64,000 bases of DNA, taken from IMG/VR virus record IMGVR_UViG_2547132108_000003, positions 854 to 64,853 of that record, one strand, 5' to 3'. The position numbers and the translations under genes are program-made. Each line of letters opens with the position of its first letter. Within the stretch, counting starts at the first letter, position 1. Shown piece after piece: positions 27,429 through 38,210 of this stretch. This DNA comes from a virus (lineage: Duplodnaviria > Caudoviricetes). Under the pieces are notes generated by a model. That model searched no databases, was not told where the DNA came from, and saw only the letters and a program-made list of their open reading frames with translations.

Positions 27429-29255
27429 ATGGCAAAAAACTTTCAAGTTAATCGAAACAAAAAAAAAGAATTGAATATTTATGAAAAAAAGAAGCAAGTA
27501 AATAATCAGACTGAAAATTTATCTAAAGATCAAAAATTAAGAAATGGAATTATGTTGTGGGCTTCATTTTACAGAAGCAACATACACAGATACATCGAGG
27601 ATTACTTTGGAGTTCGTCTTCATACTTTTCAAAAAATAATTCTGTTTCTTATTAGCAAAAACTCGTTCTTTCTTTGGTGGGCTAGTCGAGGAATAGGTAA
27701 ATCTTTTATTGTTGCTCTTTATTGTTTAGCAATGGCATCATTAAAACCCGGAATACCAATTGTTGTAGCGAGTGGCACAAAAAATCAGGCCAGAGCAGTA
27801 ATCACTTTAAAGATCGATAAAGAACTAAGATTGAAATATCCAAATATAGCAAGGGAAATAAAACAAGTTAAAACGGGAGCAGACGAATGTGTAGTTATTT
27901 TGCATAATGGCAGCACTATATCCGCTGTTGCCAGCAATGATAATGCACGTGGCTACCGAGCTGCAATTTTGATCAACGACGAATTTCGACTAATCAAAGA
28001 AGATGTAATAACTCGCGTCCTCCGCCCATTTCTAAACTATGTGAGAACACCAAAATTTCTAAGCCTTCCCGAGTATAAGGGGAGACAAAAAGAGTTTATT
28101 AAATATGAGGAAACACAAGAAGTATACATATCGTCTGCATGGTACACATCACATTGGAGTTATGAAAAATTTAAAGCCTTTCTCGAATCCATGGTACGAG
28201 GAAGAGACTATTTTACTTGTGCCTTTCCATATCAGTTAGCACTTCATCATGGATTATTGTCTGAAAAACGAGTTGAGCAGATGAGAACAGAAGATGATTT
28301 GGACTCTATAGGGTGGCAGATGGAAATGGATACACTGCCTTACGGAGCTGCTGAAAATGCTTTCTTCAAAATAAATGATATTGAAAGATGTAGAACTATT
28401 GTTAGACCATTCTATCCTACAGATAAATATACCTATATTGAAAATCGAGAAAAATCAAAATCCAGAAGCAAGAAATCTAATACTGGCCTAGATAAACAGA
28501 TAAGTGAGATTCGACTTGTGTCAATGGACGTTGCCCTAATGAAAGGTAATGATAATGACAATACCATTTTCACTTGCATGCGTCTGCTACCTGATGGAAC
28601 TAATTATATAAGGCAAGTTCCATATATTGAAAGCATGCATGGAGTCCACTCTGAAGATCAAGCTATTAGGCTTAAACAGTTATTTTATGATTTTGAAGCT
28701 GATTATGTTGTAATGGATACAGCAGGAAGCGGTATGTCTATTTATGATTACTGTTCCAGAATTCTTTATGATAATGATCGTGATATTGAATATCCGCCTT
28801 GGGCGGCCATCAATAATGAGGAGATGAAAGATCGCGTTGTTGATCCAAATGCATTGCCAGTAGTTTATTCAATGAAAGTCGTCAAAGCAGAGGTTAACCA
28901 TGAAATAGCAGTTTGGCTTAAAACAGCTTTTGAAAAAAGATTAATCAGGCTTCTTGTAAACGATGCAGAAGGAAAAGAGTATTTAATTGAAAAACAAGAC
29001 CTTATGAATAAAAACTCGTATGAGCACGCTATGTTATTAAAGCCGTATGTTCAAACAACAGCATTAATTAATGAGTTGATTAACCTTGAATCAGAAGTGA
29101 AAAACGGATTTATTAAAGTATATGAAAAAGGTCGTTCTACAAAGGACCGTTACAGCAGTCTTGGTTACGCAAATTATATTGCCAGATTATTGGAGCAAGA
29201 GAACCTTCAAAAAAAAGAGGATAACTCAAATATTTTAGACTATCTGTTCGTCTAG
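27429..29255 (+). CDS. terL: terminase large subunit (YonF-like)
   Basis: ASRGIGKS Walker A, LINDEFR Walker B, SMDVA and KDRYSS nuclease motifs. Confidence 0.92.
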   Translation: MAKNFQVNRNKKKELNIYEKKKQVNNQTENLSKDQKLRNGIMLWASFYRSNIHRYIEDYFGVRLHTFQKIILFLISKNSFFLWWASRGIGKSFIVALYCLAMASLKPGIPIVVASGTKNQARAVITLKIDKELRLKYPNIAREIKQVKTGADECVVILHNGSTISAVASNDNARGYRAAILINDEFRLIKEDVITRVLRPFLNYVRTPKFLSLPEYKGRQKEFIKYEETQEVYISSAWYTSHWSYEKFKAFLESMVRGRDYFTCAFPYQLALHHGLLSEKRVEQMRTEDDLDSIGWQMEMDTLPYGAAENAFFKINDIERCRTIVRPFYPTDKYTYIENREKSKSRSKKSNTGLDKQISEIRLVSMDVALMKGNDNDNTIFTCMRLLPDGTNYIRQVPYIESMHGVHSEDQAIRLKQLFYDFEADYVVMDTAGSGMSIYDYCSRILYDNDRDIEYPPWAAINNEEMKDRVVDPNALPVVYSMKVVKAEVNHEIAVWLKTAFEKRLIRLLVNDAEGKEYLIEKQDLMNKNSYEHAMLLKPYVQTTALINELINLESEVKNGFIKVYEKGRSTKDRYSSLGYANYIARLLEQENLQKKEDNSNILDYLFV

Positions 29256-29280
29256 ACTTATTTATGGAAGGAGTTGAGAT

Positions 29281-30834
29281 ATGCCCAGAGGCCGCCCACC
29301 AAAAAAGGATTTAAAAAAACAAGAGCAGCACACAGAAAACGAACAGCAAGAGAAGCAAGATTATTTTATGCAGTTTTCTAGATCTTTTCAGAATGCAATT
29401 GGTTCTTCAATGTTTTATAATAGTCCTTTTATACAAAATGAAATTCTTAAGAACATTAACATGACTCCTCATAAGCTTAATCGTGATGAAGTAGAAAAGT
29501 TAGTCGCTAATCCAAAAGCAAATGAAAAAGCGATTCGTGATTTGGCACAGTATCTTGAGAACTATATCATGCATTTCAAACGATTAGTTTTTCATTATGG
29601 AAGTATACTAACATTTGATTATTATTTACTTCCTACTAATGCCGATGAGGACGATAAGAAATCTAATGCATACAAAAAAAGCTATAATAAAGCTTTTGAT
29701 TGGCTTGAAAAATTTCATATAAAAGAAACACTAGCCAACATTATGAGAATGTTAGTTCTTGAAGATGCAAAGTTTTATTATTTACGTGAAAGCGAAGCAA
29801 GAATATCTCTTCAAGAAATGCCCTCTGATTGGTGTAAAATAGTTGCAAAAACTGATTTCGGCTATCAGTACTCATTTAATATGATGTACTTTTTACAGAC
29901 GGGCGTAAATTTAGATGATTATGCTCCTGAGTTTAAGGAATACTTTACTGAATATTCTTCAAAAGAGGAATATAAGAATCGCGCACCATATTGGATAGAC
30001 TTAGATCCAGTAAAGGCTCCAGTTTTCAAATTTGATGAAAATAGAGCTGGCATCCTCCCTCCTCTCATGGGGATCTTTATTGATAGCACAGAAATTGCGA
30101 CATACAAGGAACTGCTTAAAACAAAAACAAAGTTAGAAGTATGGAAAATACTTTTAAGCAAAATACCGATGCACAACGATGGAAAAGGCCCACAAGCTAA
30201 GAACAATTTTGCAATTGATGCTGACACTGCTGCTAAATTTAACAGTATCATTCAATCTGCTGTTCCTGAAGGTGTAAAGTCTATAGTTACTCCATTTGAT
30301 AGTGAAGCTGTTGACTTTGACCAATCTCAAAGTAAAAACAGTATAGTGGGTGTTGGTGAAGAAATGTTCTATAAATCTGCTGGTACCTCCCCCATTCTGT
30401 TTGGAGAGAAAAACACAACAGGAAGTGGAATTAAAGCGTCAATTGAAACAGATGAATCATTTGTATTGCATATGTATCGAGAATTCGAGAGGTTCCTCAA
30501 TATTCAGCTAAAAAGAGTTACAGGAAGGTTTAGATTTAAAGTTGTTTTTCCAGACATCACATTCTTTAATCGTAAGGATAAGATTGAGGAATACTTGAAG
30601 GTCAGTCAATATGGTATGCCAGTATCTCTTTTAGCATGTGCTCTTGGATTAAATCAAAGAGACTTGGTGAATCTGTTAGAATTTGAATCAATTCTAAAGA
30701 TACACGATAAACTCAAACCACTTGTTTCTTCTCATACTCAAAATGGAAATGAGAACAGCGGACGCCCAAAACAAAATAAGTTGACTGATGCTGGAGAACA
30801 AACAAGAGATATTGATGCAAACCAAAACCGTTAG
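29281..30834 (+). CDS. portal protein (YonE-like)
   Basis: 517 aa after terL; ends SSHTQ...GRPK..LTDAGEQTRD. Confidence 0.8.
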   Translation: MPRGRPPKKDLKKQEQHTENEQQEKQDYFMQFSRSFQNAIGSSMFYNSPFIQNEILKNINMTPHKLNRDEVEKLVANPKANEKAIRDLAQYLENYIMHFKRLVFHYGSILTFDYYLLPTNADEDDKKSNAYKKSYNKAFDWLEKFHIKETLANIMRMLVLEDAKFYYLRESEARISLQEMPSDWCKIVAKTDFGYQYSFNMMYFLQTGVNLDDYAPEFKEYFTEYSSKEEYKNRAPYWIDLDPVKAPVFKFDENRAGILPPLMGIFIDSTEIATYKELLKTKTKLEVWKILLSKIPMHNDGKGPQAKNNFAIDADTAAKFNSIIQSAVPEGVKSIVTPFDSEAVDFDQSQSKNSIVGVGEEMFYKSAGTSPILFGEKNTTGSGIKASIETDESFVLHMYREFERFLNIQLKRVTGRFRFKVVFPDITFFNRKDKIEEYLKVSQYGMPVSLLACALGLNQRDLVNLLEFESILKIHDKLKPLVSSHTQNGNENSGRPKQNKLTDAGEQTRDIDANQNR

Positions 30835-30845
30835 GGGGTGATAAT

Positions 30846-32369
30846 TTGAGTATAGAAATAAACAGAAGAATTCCTGTCGTATTCCAGAAAGTTAAGCAAT
30901 ACTCCTCTGAAGAGACTGATATTAGGTTTCAGCGTGTGAAAATTTGGCTAATGCATCTTGGAGAAAACTTTAATGGCTCATATTTCTCTAAAGAAGTTGT
31001 TGAAGAAGCGATACCCACCCTTGCAAATACTCCCATTTTGGCCTACATAGAGCAAAAGGAAAATGGTCATTTAGACTTCTCAGACCACAGAATAGTTCTA
31101 ACAAAAAAAGATGGTGAGACGACAGTAAAGTACTTGGGTAAAGCTATTGGAGTAATACCTGAAAATAATAATGCAAAATTCGAAAATAGACTTTGTGATG
31201 ATGGTCAAACAAGAACTTTTCTAACTGTTGATGGTTTACTTTGGACCAAGTTTGATGACTCCATTGATATTATGAATCGAGACTCCATAAAGGGGCAATC
31301 CATGGAACTTTCTGAGGATTATGAAGGAGACTTTGGTGATGATAATCTGTTCCACTTTACTAAATTTAAATTCTTTGGGGCGTGTGGACTTGGTTTTAAT
31401 GTAGAACCAGCAATGAAAAATTCTACAATAGAACTTCAATTTACTTATGATAGCGTTAGAAGTGAAATAAATAATAGAATTGAACAATTCAAAAAGTACT
31501 TCTCAATGGAAAGCAATGAAACACCAATTAATAAAAATAAATATGAGGAGGTTCAGGTAGTGAAAAAGCATAAAAAAGAGATTGCTGCCAAATTTAGTTT
31601 AACTGCTAATCAACTTTATGATGAACTATCGCGAGTTCTAAATGAATTCAAATTTACAACTGAAAACTGGTATGGAGAAGAGGTTGAAGTTAGTAAGTAT
31701 TATCTGCGCGACTATGACGAGAACTTTGTCTATGCTGTAAATCGTCAAGAAGGATACATTGATGTGAAGATTTCGTATTCAATGAATGGAGACAATCCTG
31801 TATTTGATCTCAATAGTGTCACTCGAATTAAATATGTCCCTCAAGATTGGGAAGGGTCAGAGGAAGAAGACGTTGTAGAGAATAACTTTTCAATTAAGTT
31901 AGTTGAGGAAGCCAAGAAAAGTTTTGAGGCACTAAAGAAGGATAATAAAAATATTCTTCAAAAACTGTCTGAAAAAGAAGATGCATTTATTAATTTAAGT
32001 GAACAGTTTTCCGCCATTAAGGATGAGTTAATTGAAAGTAAAAGAGAAGTTGAATCTCTAAGTAAATTTAAACAAGAGAAAGAAACGCAAGAACGTAAGG
32101 ATAAGATCGATTCTATTTTTGCAAAATATGCAAAACACTTAAATAAAGAAGAAATTGAAACACTTCGCGTGAAGGAGTCTTTATTTGATAAATATGAAGA
32201 TTTTGAAAGGGAAATAAAATCTTATGTATGCGATAAACTCTTGGTAGACAATAGAAATGATGTATCTAATACAGTATTTAATAGAATGGGTCTTCCGCCT
32301 GAAGATAGTGTTTCCAATAGCACGGAGTCCACTAGCGTTTGGGACAGACTTAGCAAAAATAAACAATAA
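30846..32369 (+). CDS. prohead protease/scaffold (YonD-like)
   Basis: NFNGSYFSKE, GQSMEL, GACGLG; acidic coiled-coil C-terminus. Confidence 0.75.
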   Translation: MSIEINRRIPVVFQKVKQYSSEETDIRFQRVKIWLMHLGENFNGSYFSKEVVEEAIPTLANTPILAYIEQKENGHLDFSDHRIVLTKKDGETTVKYLGKAIGVIPENNNAKFENRLCDDGQTRTFLTVDGLLWTKFDDSIDIMNRDSIKGQSMELSEDYEGDFGDDNLFHFTKFKFFGACGLGFNVEPAMKNSTIELQFTYDSVRSEINNRIEQFKKYFSMESNETPINKNKYEEVQVVKKHKKEIAAKFSLTANQLYDELSRVLNEFKFTTENWYGEEVEVSKYYLRDYDENFVYAVNRQEGYIDVKISYSMNGDNPVFDLNSVTRIKYVPQDWEGSEEEDVVENNFSIKLVEEAKKSFEALKKDNKNILQKLSEKEDAFINLSEQFSAIKDELIESKREVESLSKFKQEKETQERKDKIDSIFAKYAKHLNKEEIETLRVKESLFDKYEDFEREIKSYVCDKLLVDNRNDVSNTVFNRMGLPPEDSVSNSTESTSVWDRLSKNKQ

Positions 32370-32393
32370 AAAAATAAGGAGTTGTTTTAAATA

Positions 32394-32906
32394 ATGGCTA
32401 ACGCAGTTGTTAAAATTGGCAAGATGGCTTCTACTAACGTAGATAGTTTTCTTAAATCTGTTCAGTTGAACGTAGATGCGCAGAATGGTTCTCATGTTGT
32501 TCTAGGTACACAAGTAACTGGTGACTTGAATGTTTATAATGCATCTGCACCAACCGATGTCACCAAACAAGAAGTTCTTATTGTCGAGTCCCCTGTGCTT
32601 GTCGAAGTTAGTGGCATGCGCATCGATATCCATGATCCACGTCAATTTATTAATCCTAAAAACCGTCCTGCTCGTGCTCGACACTTAAAAATTGGTGACG
32701 AAGTAACAATTACAATTGATGGATTCAGTGCCGCACCAACTGTTGGGAAGTATGCTGTTCCGAAAAATGGTGCATTTAACCTTGACCCTGCTGCTGATCT
32801 GGCTGGTGGCACATCTGTTGCATATGAAGTTGTTTCAAAAACCGCCATTAGCATTGGTCAGGATAGAGTAGAAGCATATAAACTACGAGTTGTTAAAGCA
32901 GTTTAA
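32394..32906 (+). CDS. head decoration protein (YonC-like)
   Basis: 170 aa between scaffold and capsid; beta-rich. Confidence 0.7.
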   Translation: MANAVVKIGKMASTNVDSFLKSVQLNVDAQNGSHVVLGTQVTGDLNVYNASAPTDVTKQEVLIVESPVLVEVSGMRIDIHDPRQFINPKNRPARARHLKIGDEVTITIDGFSAAPTVGKYAVPKNGAFNLDPAADLAGGTSVAYEVVSKTAISIGQDRVEAYKLRVVKAV

Positions 32907-32936
32907 TAACAAATTATATTGGAGGTATAATCAATA

Positions 32937-34043
32937 ATGGCAAAAATGGATGTAATTAATTCGCCAAAATTTCTGGCATTCTCTAAAGACGAACAAGACG
33001 TAGTTAAGGCAGGGGTAGACCTATATAAACACTATTTACACCTTACTAAGAAAGATGCACGCTATGCTGAATTTGCAACAGGTAAGACTTATGAAGAAAA
33101 AGAAAAGATCTTCAATGAGAGCCTTGTCCGTGAGTCCTTTAAACGTGCTGGCGTTTCTCAAGCAAACTTTAGCGATTCCGTAATGATGCAGAATCCTAAT
33201 GTAAAATGGGCGATGTTTGCATTGATTTCTGAGGCCCTTAGTGTAATTATCCCATCCACCGTATTAGACAATTTTGCTCAGTTTGCTGAAGTGCGTAATG
33301 TAGGCTGGGGTGATAATCTTAAATTCACTGTTCCTAACAATGATTTGTTCATTGTCTCTAAAATTGCCCAAGGTATTCGACGTGGAGAGCCACAGCGTCT
33401 TTATAATTCCGATTTAACACTTACTCCAGTTCCTCATGAAGTAACTATTCAAGAGGATTTTTATCGAATCTTGGCTGGTAAAATCAATTGGGGCGAATGG
33501 ATCTCTCGGATTGCTCAAAGCATCGAAACCGCAATCAGCACTGATGTATACAACGCATTCTATGGTTCGTATGCAAACCTTAACGCCAAATTTAAGGAAG
33601 CTGCTTTTGATAAAGACGCTTTTGTAAAATTGGCTCAACGTGTACAAGCAAGCAATCGTGGTGCTCGAACAGTTGTATTTGGAACTCAGATTGCGCTTAG
33701 CAAAGTTATCCCGGACGCTGACTTTGTTAAATTTGGGGTTGGTCTTGGTGAGGAATACACGCGTATGGGGTTCCTTGGAAACTTTATGGGCGCGGACTTG
33801 TATAAACTTGATCAACGCATCAAACCTAATGACCCTGACTACAATTTTGCTATTCAAGATGATGCATTATACTTTGTAAGCGTTGGAGTGGATCGTCCAG
33901 TCAAAATTGGATTTGAGGGAAATGTCCTTATTAATCAAAGTCAATTTGGGGCTAACGCAGATAATACAGTAGACCACAATGTTCAACAACTTTGGGATGT
34001 AGCTGTTGTTAGTTCTGCGAAGCATGGCATTATGAAGGTGTGA
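32937..34043 (+). CDS. major capsid protein (YonB-like)
   Basis: 368 aa; FAEVRNVGWGDNLKFTVP; highly expressed codon style; terminator-like hairpin follows. Confidence 0.8.
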   Translation: MAKMDVINSPKFLAFSKDEQDVVKAGVDLYKHYLHLTKKDARYAEFATGKTYEEKEKIFNESLVRESFKRAGVSQANFSDSVMMQNPNVKWAMFALISEALSVIIPSTVLDNFAQFAEVRNVGWGDNLKFTVPNNDLFIVSKIAQGIRRGEPQRLYNSDLTLTPVPHEVTIQEDFYRILAGKINWGEWISRIAQSIETAISTDVYNAFYGSYANLNAKFKEAAFDKDAFVKLAQRVQASNRGARTVVFGTQIALSKVIPDADFVKFGVGLGEEYTRMGFLGNFMGADLYKLDQRIKPNDPDYNFAIQDDALYFVSVGVDRPVKIGFEGNVLINQSQFGANADNTVDHNVQQLWDVAVVSSAKHGIMKV

Positions 34044-34118
34044 AACTGATTATGCCTTTTGGGGATTGCATTAAGCACTCCCCTTTTATTTATTCAAATT
34101 TCAAAGGGAGATGTTTTA

Positions 34119-34769
34119 ATGGCGAGACAGGCTACTGTTAATAAAGAGGAACTTCAAACTGATTTAGTGACTGAAAATGAGATGTTGAAAACCGAAATTT
34201 CTGAACTAAGACAAATGTTCCAACAACTTATGGAAACTCAAAAACTTCAATTGCAAGAGAAAGAAATGAAAGTTGAGGATTCTCTTACAATTAATGATGA
34301 TGTATCTATCATTCCTCCCAACAAACTTATCAACATCACAAGCCTTTACTCTGGGGGAATGACACTTAGGGCTAATAATAAGCCAATTCGATTTGATAAG
34401 TTTGGCATTACACGACCTGTGACATTTGAAGATTTGACATACATTTGTAGTAATCATCGTAATTTAGCCGAAGAAGGATGCTTCTTTATTCATGATCAAG
34501 AAGCAGTAAAAGCTTTATATTTGAATGATTATTATATACATTTTGTCAATAAGCCAACAATTGAAAACTTAATCACTCTTAGTCATGAAAAGATCTCAGA
34601 CATTTTTAATAATCTCACTGATACCTTAAAAGAGACCGTGGAAGATATTATTGTTAATGGAATTATTTCGAATGATAGCAAGTATGCAGATAGAAACAAG
34701 ATTGACCACATTAGTAAATTGTGTGGCAAAAATCTTTATAAAATAGCTCAAGATCAAATCACAGACTAA
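34119..34769 (+). CDS. head/neck-associated protein (YonA-like)
   Basis: ATG 34119 with AAAGGGAG RBS; N-terminal coiled coil. Confidence 0.7.
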   Translation: MARQATVNKEELQTDLVTENEMLKTEISELRQMFQQLMETQKLQLQEKEMKVEDSLTINDDVSIIPPNKLINITSLYSGGMTLRANNKPIRFDKFGITRPVTFEDLTYICSNHRNLAEEGCFFIHDQEAVKALYLNDYYIHFVNKPTIENLITLSHEKISDIFNNLTDTLKETVEDIIVNGIISNDSKYADRNKIDHISKLCGKNLYKIAQDQITD

Positions 34770-34787
34770 ATGCGAAGGGGTGATATT

Positions 34788-35222
34788 ATGACAACACCCT
34801 TTCAAAATATTTTCAGTAGGTTCACAGGCAAAGTACAAGACTTCACATTGGATGCCCTATTCATGTCTGATTTAAAAGCTTATGAAAGATATTTACTTGG
34901 CTTTTTAAAAAGTGCTATTCCTAATTTCTCAAAGTGCAAGAGCAATTTATCTGATCGTGATGATGAGAAAATGATGTTTAATCAGACATTAAGTGAAAAA
35001 GAAGAGGAGATTCTTTCTATTCTTCTTCAAGCTGAGTGGGCTGAAAAAGAAGTAAACAATATTCTCGATATGCGTTTAGCTCTTAGTAATTCAGACTTCA
35101 GGAGATATGCAGAAGCAAACAACTTAAAAGCAAAAATGGACTTACGTGATTCCTTACTTGAACGAATTGATCGAAAGATTGTTGAATATACTTACGAGAA
35201 TTATGACTTTGGGTCACAATAG
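34788..35222 (+). CDS. head-tail adaptor-like protein
   Basis: MTTPFQNIFSRF..LSEKEEEIL..W; position. Confidence 0.65.
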   Translation: MTTPFQNIFSRFTGKVQDFTLDALFMSDLKAYERYLLGFLKSAIPNFSKCKSNLSDRDDEKMMFNQTLSEKEEEILSILLQAEWAEKEVNNILDMRLALSNSDFRRYAEANNLKAKMDLRDSLLERIDRKIVEYTYENYDFGSQ

Positions 35223-35233
35223 AGGTGGGATAA

Positions 35234-36451
35234 ATGGGATTCTATGATGCTTATAAAGCTAGATTGTCTGTTTCTCCACCCACCCCAAGAAGCTATAATA
35301 TCGACTTGACACAAAGAGTTATTGCAAATACTTTTTATGATTCACCATCCTACTATCAGGTTAAACGAATTACCCAAAAAACCGCTCAAACACTTGATTG
35401 TTGGATTGTCAGTGACTCAAAAACTAAAGAATTAAAAAATATTCAAGCTCATCCTAATCAGACTATTGATTTTGGAGACTACATTATTTGGAAAAACGAA
35501 TATTGGCTTACCCTAATTATTGATTCCACTGGAGAGATAAACACATCTGGACAAATTCAGAAATGTATATCTACTCTAAAATGGCTAGATTCAGATGGTT
35601 TAGTTAAAGAGGAATGGTTTACTTATCGCCTTGATTTCTATCGAGGTGCTGGCGTAAATGATGACAAAGTCATCACGATGCCCTCAGAGAGACGATATAT
35701 ATATGTTCAAAAAAATGAAGATACCTTGAGATTAAGAAAGGGACAACGATTTATATTTGATGGTAGACCTTGGAAACTGACTGCAATAGACGGCCTTTTA
35801 TCAGGATTGATCTATTTTGAACTTGAGGAAGACGAATTCAATTCCGTTAAAGACAATTTAGAGCTTGGAATCGCTGATTACTATAATAATGTTGCCGAAT
35901 ACTCAGTTACAATCTTAAATGGGAATTATGTATCATTTGAGAAATCACAAACACTTCAACTTAATGTAGAGGTAAAAAATCGAGGAGTTGTAATTGACTC
36001 CCCTACCCTATTCTACTCTGTCAGTGATGACTCAATAGCTACTATTAACGAATCGGGACTTATATCTCCTCATAAAAAAGGGCATCTCCTTGCTTCCGTC
36101 ACATTCAAAAATGTATCGACTCAAATCGAAATCAATATCACTGAAACAGTCACACACAATTACACTGCTGAAATTGTTGGTGATTCTTCTCTGAAGGTAA
36201 AATCGTCTAAGACTTACTCTTGTATATTTAGACGAAATGGAGAAGTAATTCCTGATAAAAGTATCTTTTCATTGACTTCTGATGACGGTATCTCCCCTAC
36301 TGATTTGGCTGTGATTGTTGTTCAAGATCAATTAAATAACACTTGCACAATAAAAGCAGGTGAAAAGACTGGGTACATTTGGCTTCATGTCAGAAATGAT
36401 AATGGTTTAACTAAAAATAAAATAAGAATACAACTAAAACCCCTATTTTAA
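35234..36451 (+). CDS. head-closure/neck protein with Ig-like domain
   Basis: FYSVSDDSIATINESGLI (Big_2-like); position. Confidence 0.65.
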   Translation: MGFYDAYKARLSVSPPTPRSYNIDLTQRVIANTFYDSPSYYQVKRITQKTAQTLDCWIVSDSKTKELKNIQAHPNQTIDFGDYIIWKNEYWLTLIIDSTGEINTSGQIQKCISTLKWLDSDGLVKEEWFTYRLDFYRGAGVNDDKVITMPSERRYIYVQKNEDTLRLRKGQRFIFDGRPWKLTAIDGLLSGLIYFELEEDEFNSVKDNLELGIADYYNNVAEYSVTILNGNYVSFEKSQTLQLNVEVKNRGVVIDSPTLFYSVSDDSIATINESGLISPHKKGHLLASVTFKNVSTQIEINITETVTHNYTAEIVGDSSLKVKSSKTYSCIFRRNGEVIPDKSIFSLTSDDGISPTDLAVIVVQDQLNNTCTIKAGEKTGYIWLHVRNDNGLTKNKIRIQLKPLF

Positions 36452-36464
36452 AGGAGGCGCATAA

Positions 36465-36974
36465 ATGGGACAAGCAATTGTTAAAATTAGTGAACTCGGT
36501 GTAGAGAGTTTTATTACAGGAACAAATAATAACTATCTTATGTTTAAGGTAATCCCCTATGCGAAACAAAGTAGCAGCGGAACTGATAATATTTATAGTT
36601 TTTCTGGAATTTCAGCAAGTGAAATTATCGAAGCAGATTTGGATGTTGCTCTTACGGGAAACAATTATGCCTTTTCTGTTGGCACTGACAACAAGATCAA
36701 GCTTGCGTTCGCAAAAACATTACATTCGACAAAGGCCTCCGCTATTGAAGCGCTAAAAAATGTAGAAGTTACATATATTCAAGGTAATTTGAAACCTGAT
36801 GGTAGCAATTATACGTTGATTGCACGCAATAGCCTTGGTGAAGAGGTGCACCGTACTACTCCTGCAACGCTTGATAAAATCGTAACGATCATTTCCACGC
36901 TTGTTGATACCAGAGATGTTGATGTAGATGGGACTATTGAATTTAGAGTGCTGAAGAATTACATCAATTCGTAA
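36465..36974 (+). CDS. putative virion structural protein
   Basis: 169 aa, AAAGGAGG RBS, within neck cluster. Confidence 0.65.
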   Translation: MGQAIVKISELGVESFITGTNNNYLMFKVIPYAKQSSSGTDNIYSFSGISASEIIEADLDVALTGNNYAFSVGTDNKIKLAFAKTLHSTKASAIEALKNVEVTYIQGNLKPDGSNYTLIARNSLGEEVHRTTPATLDKIVTIISTLVDTRDVDVDGTIEFRVLKNYINS

Positions 36975-36985
36975 GGTGCTGCAAC

Positions 36986-37462
36986 ATGGCAAGATTTAAT
37001 GAATTAAGTGATTACAAGTTCACCATAATTAATCGATTATTGGATTGCGAAGAACTATGTAAAGCAATATGTTACAACGATACAGATTTCCTTATGAAGT
37101 CTAGTGTGAGTGATCCAGCAGATAAATTGGTTTATAATCATATCTTTCCTTATCGGTTTATTCCTGAAGTGAATGAATCTAAGAAGACATTCATAACACT
37201 GTCTCTTCGGAAATTCCAACTAATTAATAACAGTTTCAAAAAAGGTCTAATTTACTTGAACATTTTCACACATCGAGACCTATTTAAAACAGATTATGGT
37301 TGTACACGCATTGATTTTATTTTGAATAAAGTCGATGAAATGTTTAATCAGAAACGCGGAATAGGAATCGGTCAACTTGAATTTGTTGATATGGATGAGA
37401 TTGTAGTAAATGAAAAATATCAAGGAAGTTATATCTGCTACAAACCAGTTGATTTTAACTAG
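36986..37462 (+). CDS. tail terminator-like protein
   Basis: IFPYRFIPEV..KKTFIT..RIDFIL; position. Confidence 0.6.
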   Translation: MARFNELSDYKFTIINRLLDCEELCKAICYNDTDFLMKSSVSDPADKLVYNHIFPYRFIPEVNESKKTFITLSLRKFQLINNSFKKGLIYLNIFTHRDLFKTDYGCTRIDFILNKVDEMFNQKRGIGIGQLEFVDMDEIVVNEKYQGSYICYKPVDFN

Positions 37463-38188
37463 GTGATTGACATGTGCGATAGAATTAGACTATTTCTTGG
37501 TAAACCAATATGTGTCAATAACATCAATATCTATTCTCCTACCATCGATGGAATTGCTGAGATCGGCGAAGTTGTTTATAACATATATATCACTTTAGCG
37601 TCGTTCAATAAAGAAGTAATACTGAAGACTTTGTTTGGAATTAGTAATGAAAATTACTCATTAATCGAAAATGAGGATACATTTGATATTCTAACTTCCA
37701 TTCCTGCTGTTGTGCATGAAACAGAGAAAGCATTCTCATTTTTTACCAAATCTGACGTAAAGTATGACTTAACCTCATCTTCATACATGGTTGAAAATTT
37801 AACATTTGTCAACAAAGGAAATTATCTAGAAGTTTCTGAGATGCTTAAGAGACTAAATGGAATGGCTATTGACGAGAACAAAACCATAAAGTTTAAGAAT
37901 GAGAAAGCTAAGAAAATGTATGAAAAGTTAATGCAACTTAAAGGTAAAAATGTGAATAATGATGCCGATTCTCTCGAACTGAAGGACATGCTCTCAATAC
38001 TTTGTAATGCCGATGGGAACGGGATTGATGTATTTAATATTGGTAAGCTTACTGTTTATCAAGTATATGAGCACTTTGAAAGATTGAATATAAAAGAACA
38101 ACATAAAAGGCTATTAAATGTTTGGGCTAATGGTCACTTAAGTAGTGAAGATAAATTACCCGAATGGATTACAAAAAGTAAATTATGA
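37463..38188 (+). CDS. tail assembly protein (YomV-like)
   Basis: 241 aa before tail tube. Confidence 0.6.
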   Translation: MIDMCDRIRLFLGKPICVNNINIYSPTIDGIAEIGEVVYNIYITLASFNKEVILKTLFGISNENYSLIENEDTFDILTSIPAVVHETEKAFSFFTKSDVKYDLTSSSYMVENLTFVNKGNYLEVSEMLKRLNGMAIDENKTIKFKNEKAKKMYEKLMQLKGKNVNNDADSLELKDMLSILCNADGNGIDVFNIGKLTVYQVYEHFERLNIKEQHKRLLNVWANGHLSSEDKLPEWITKSKL

Positions 38189-38210
38189 TTATTTAAGGAG
38201 GAATAATTAA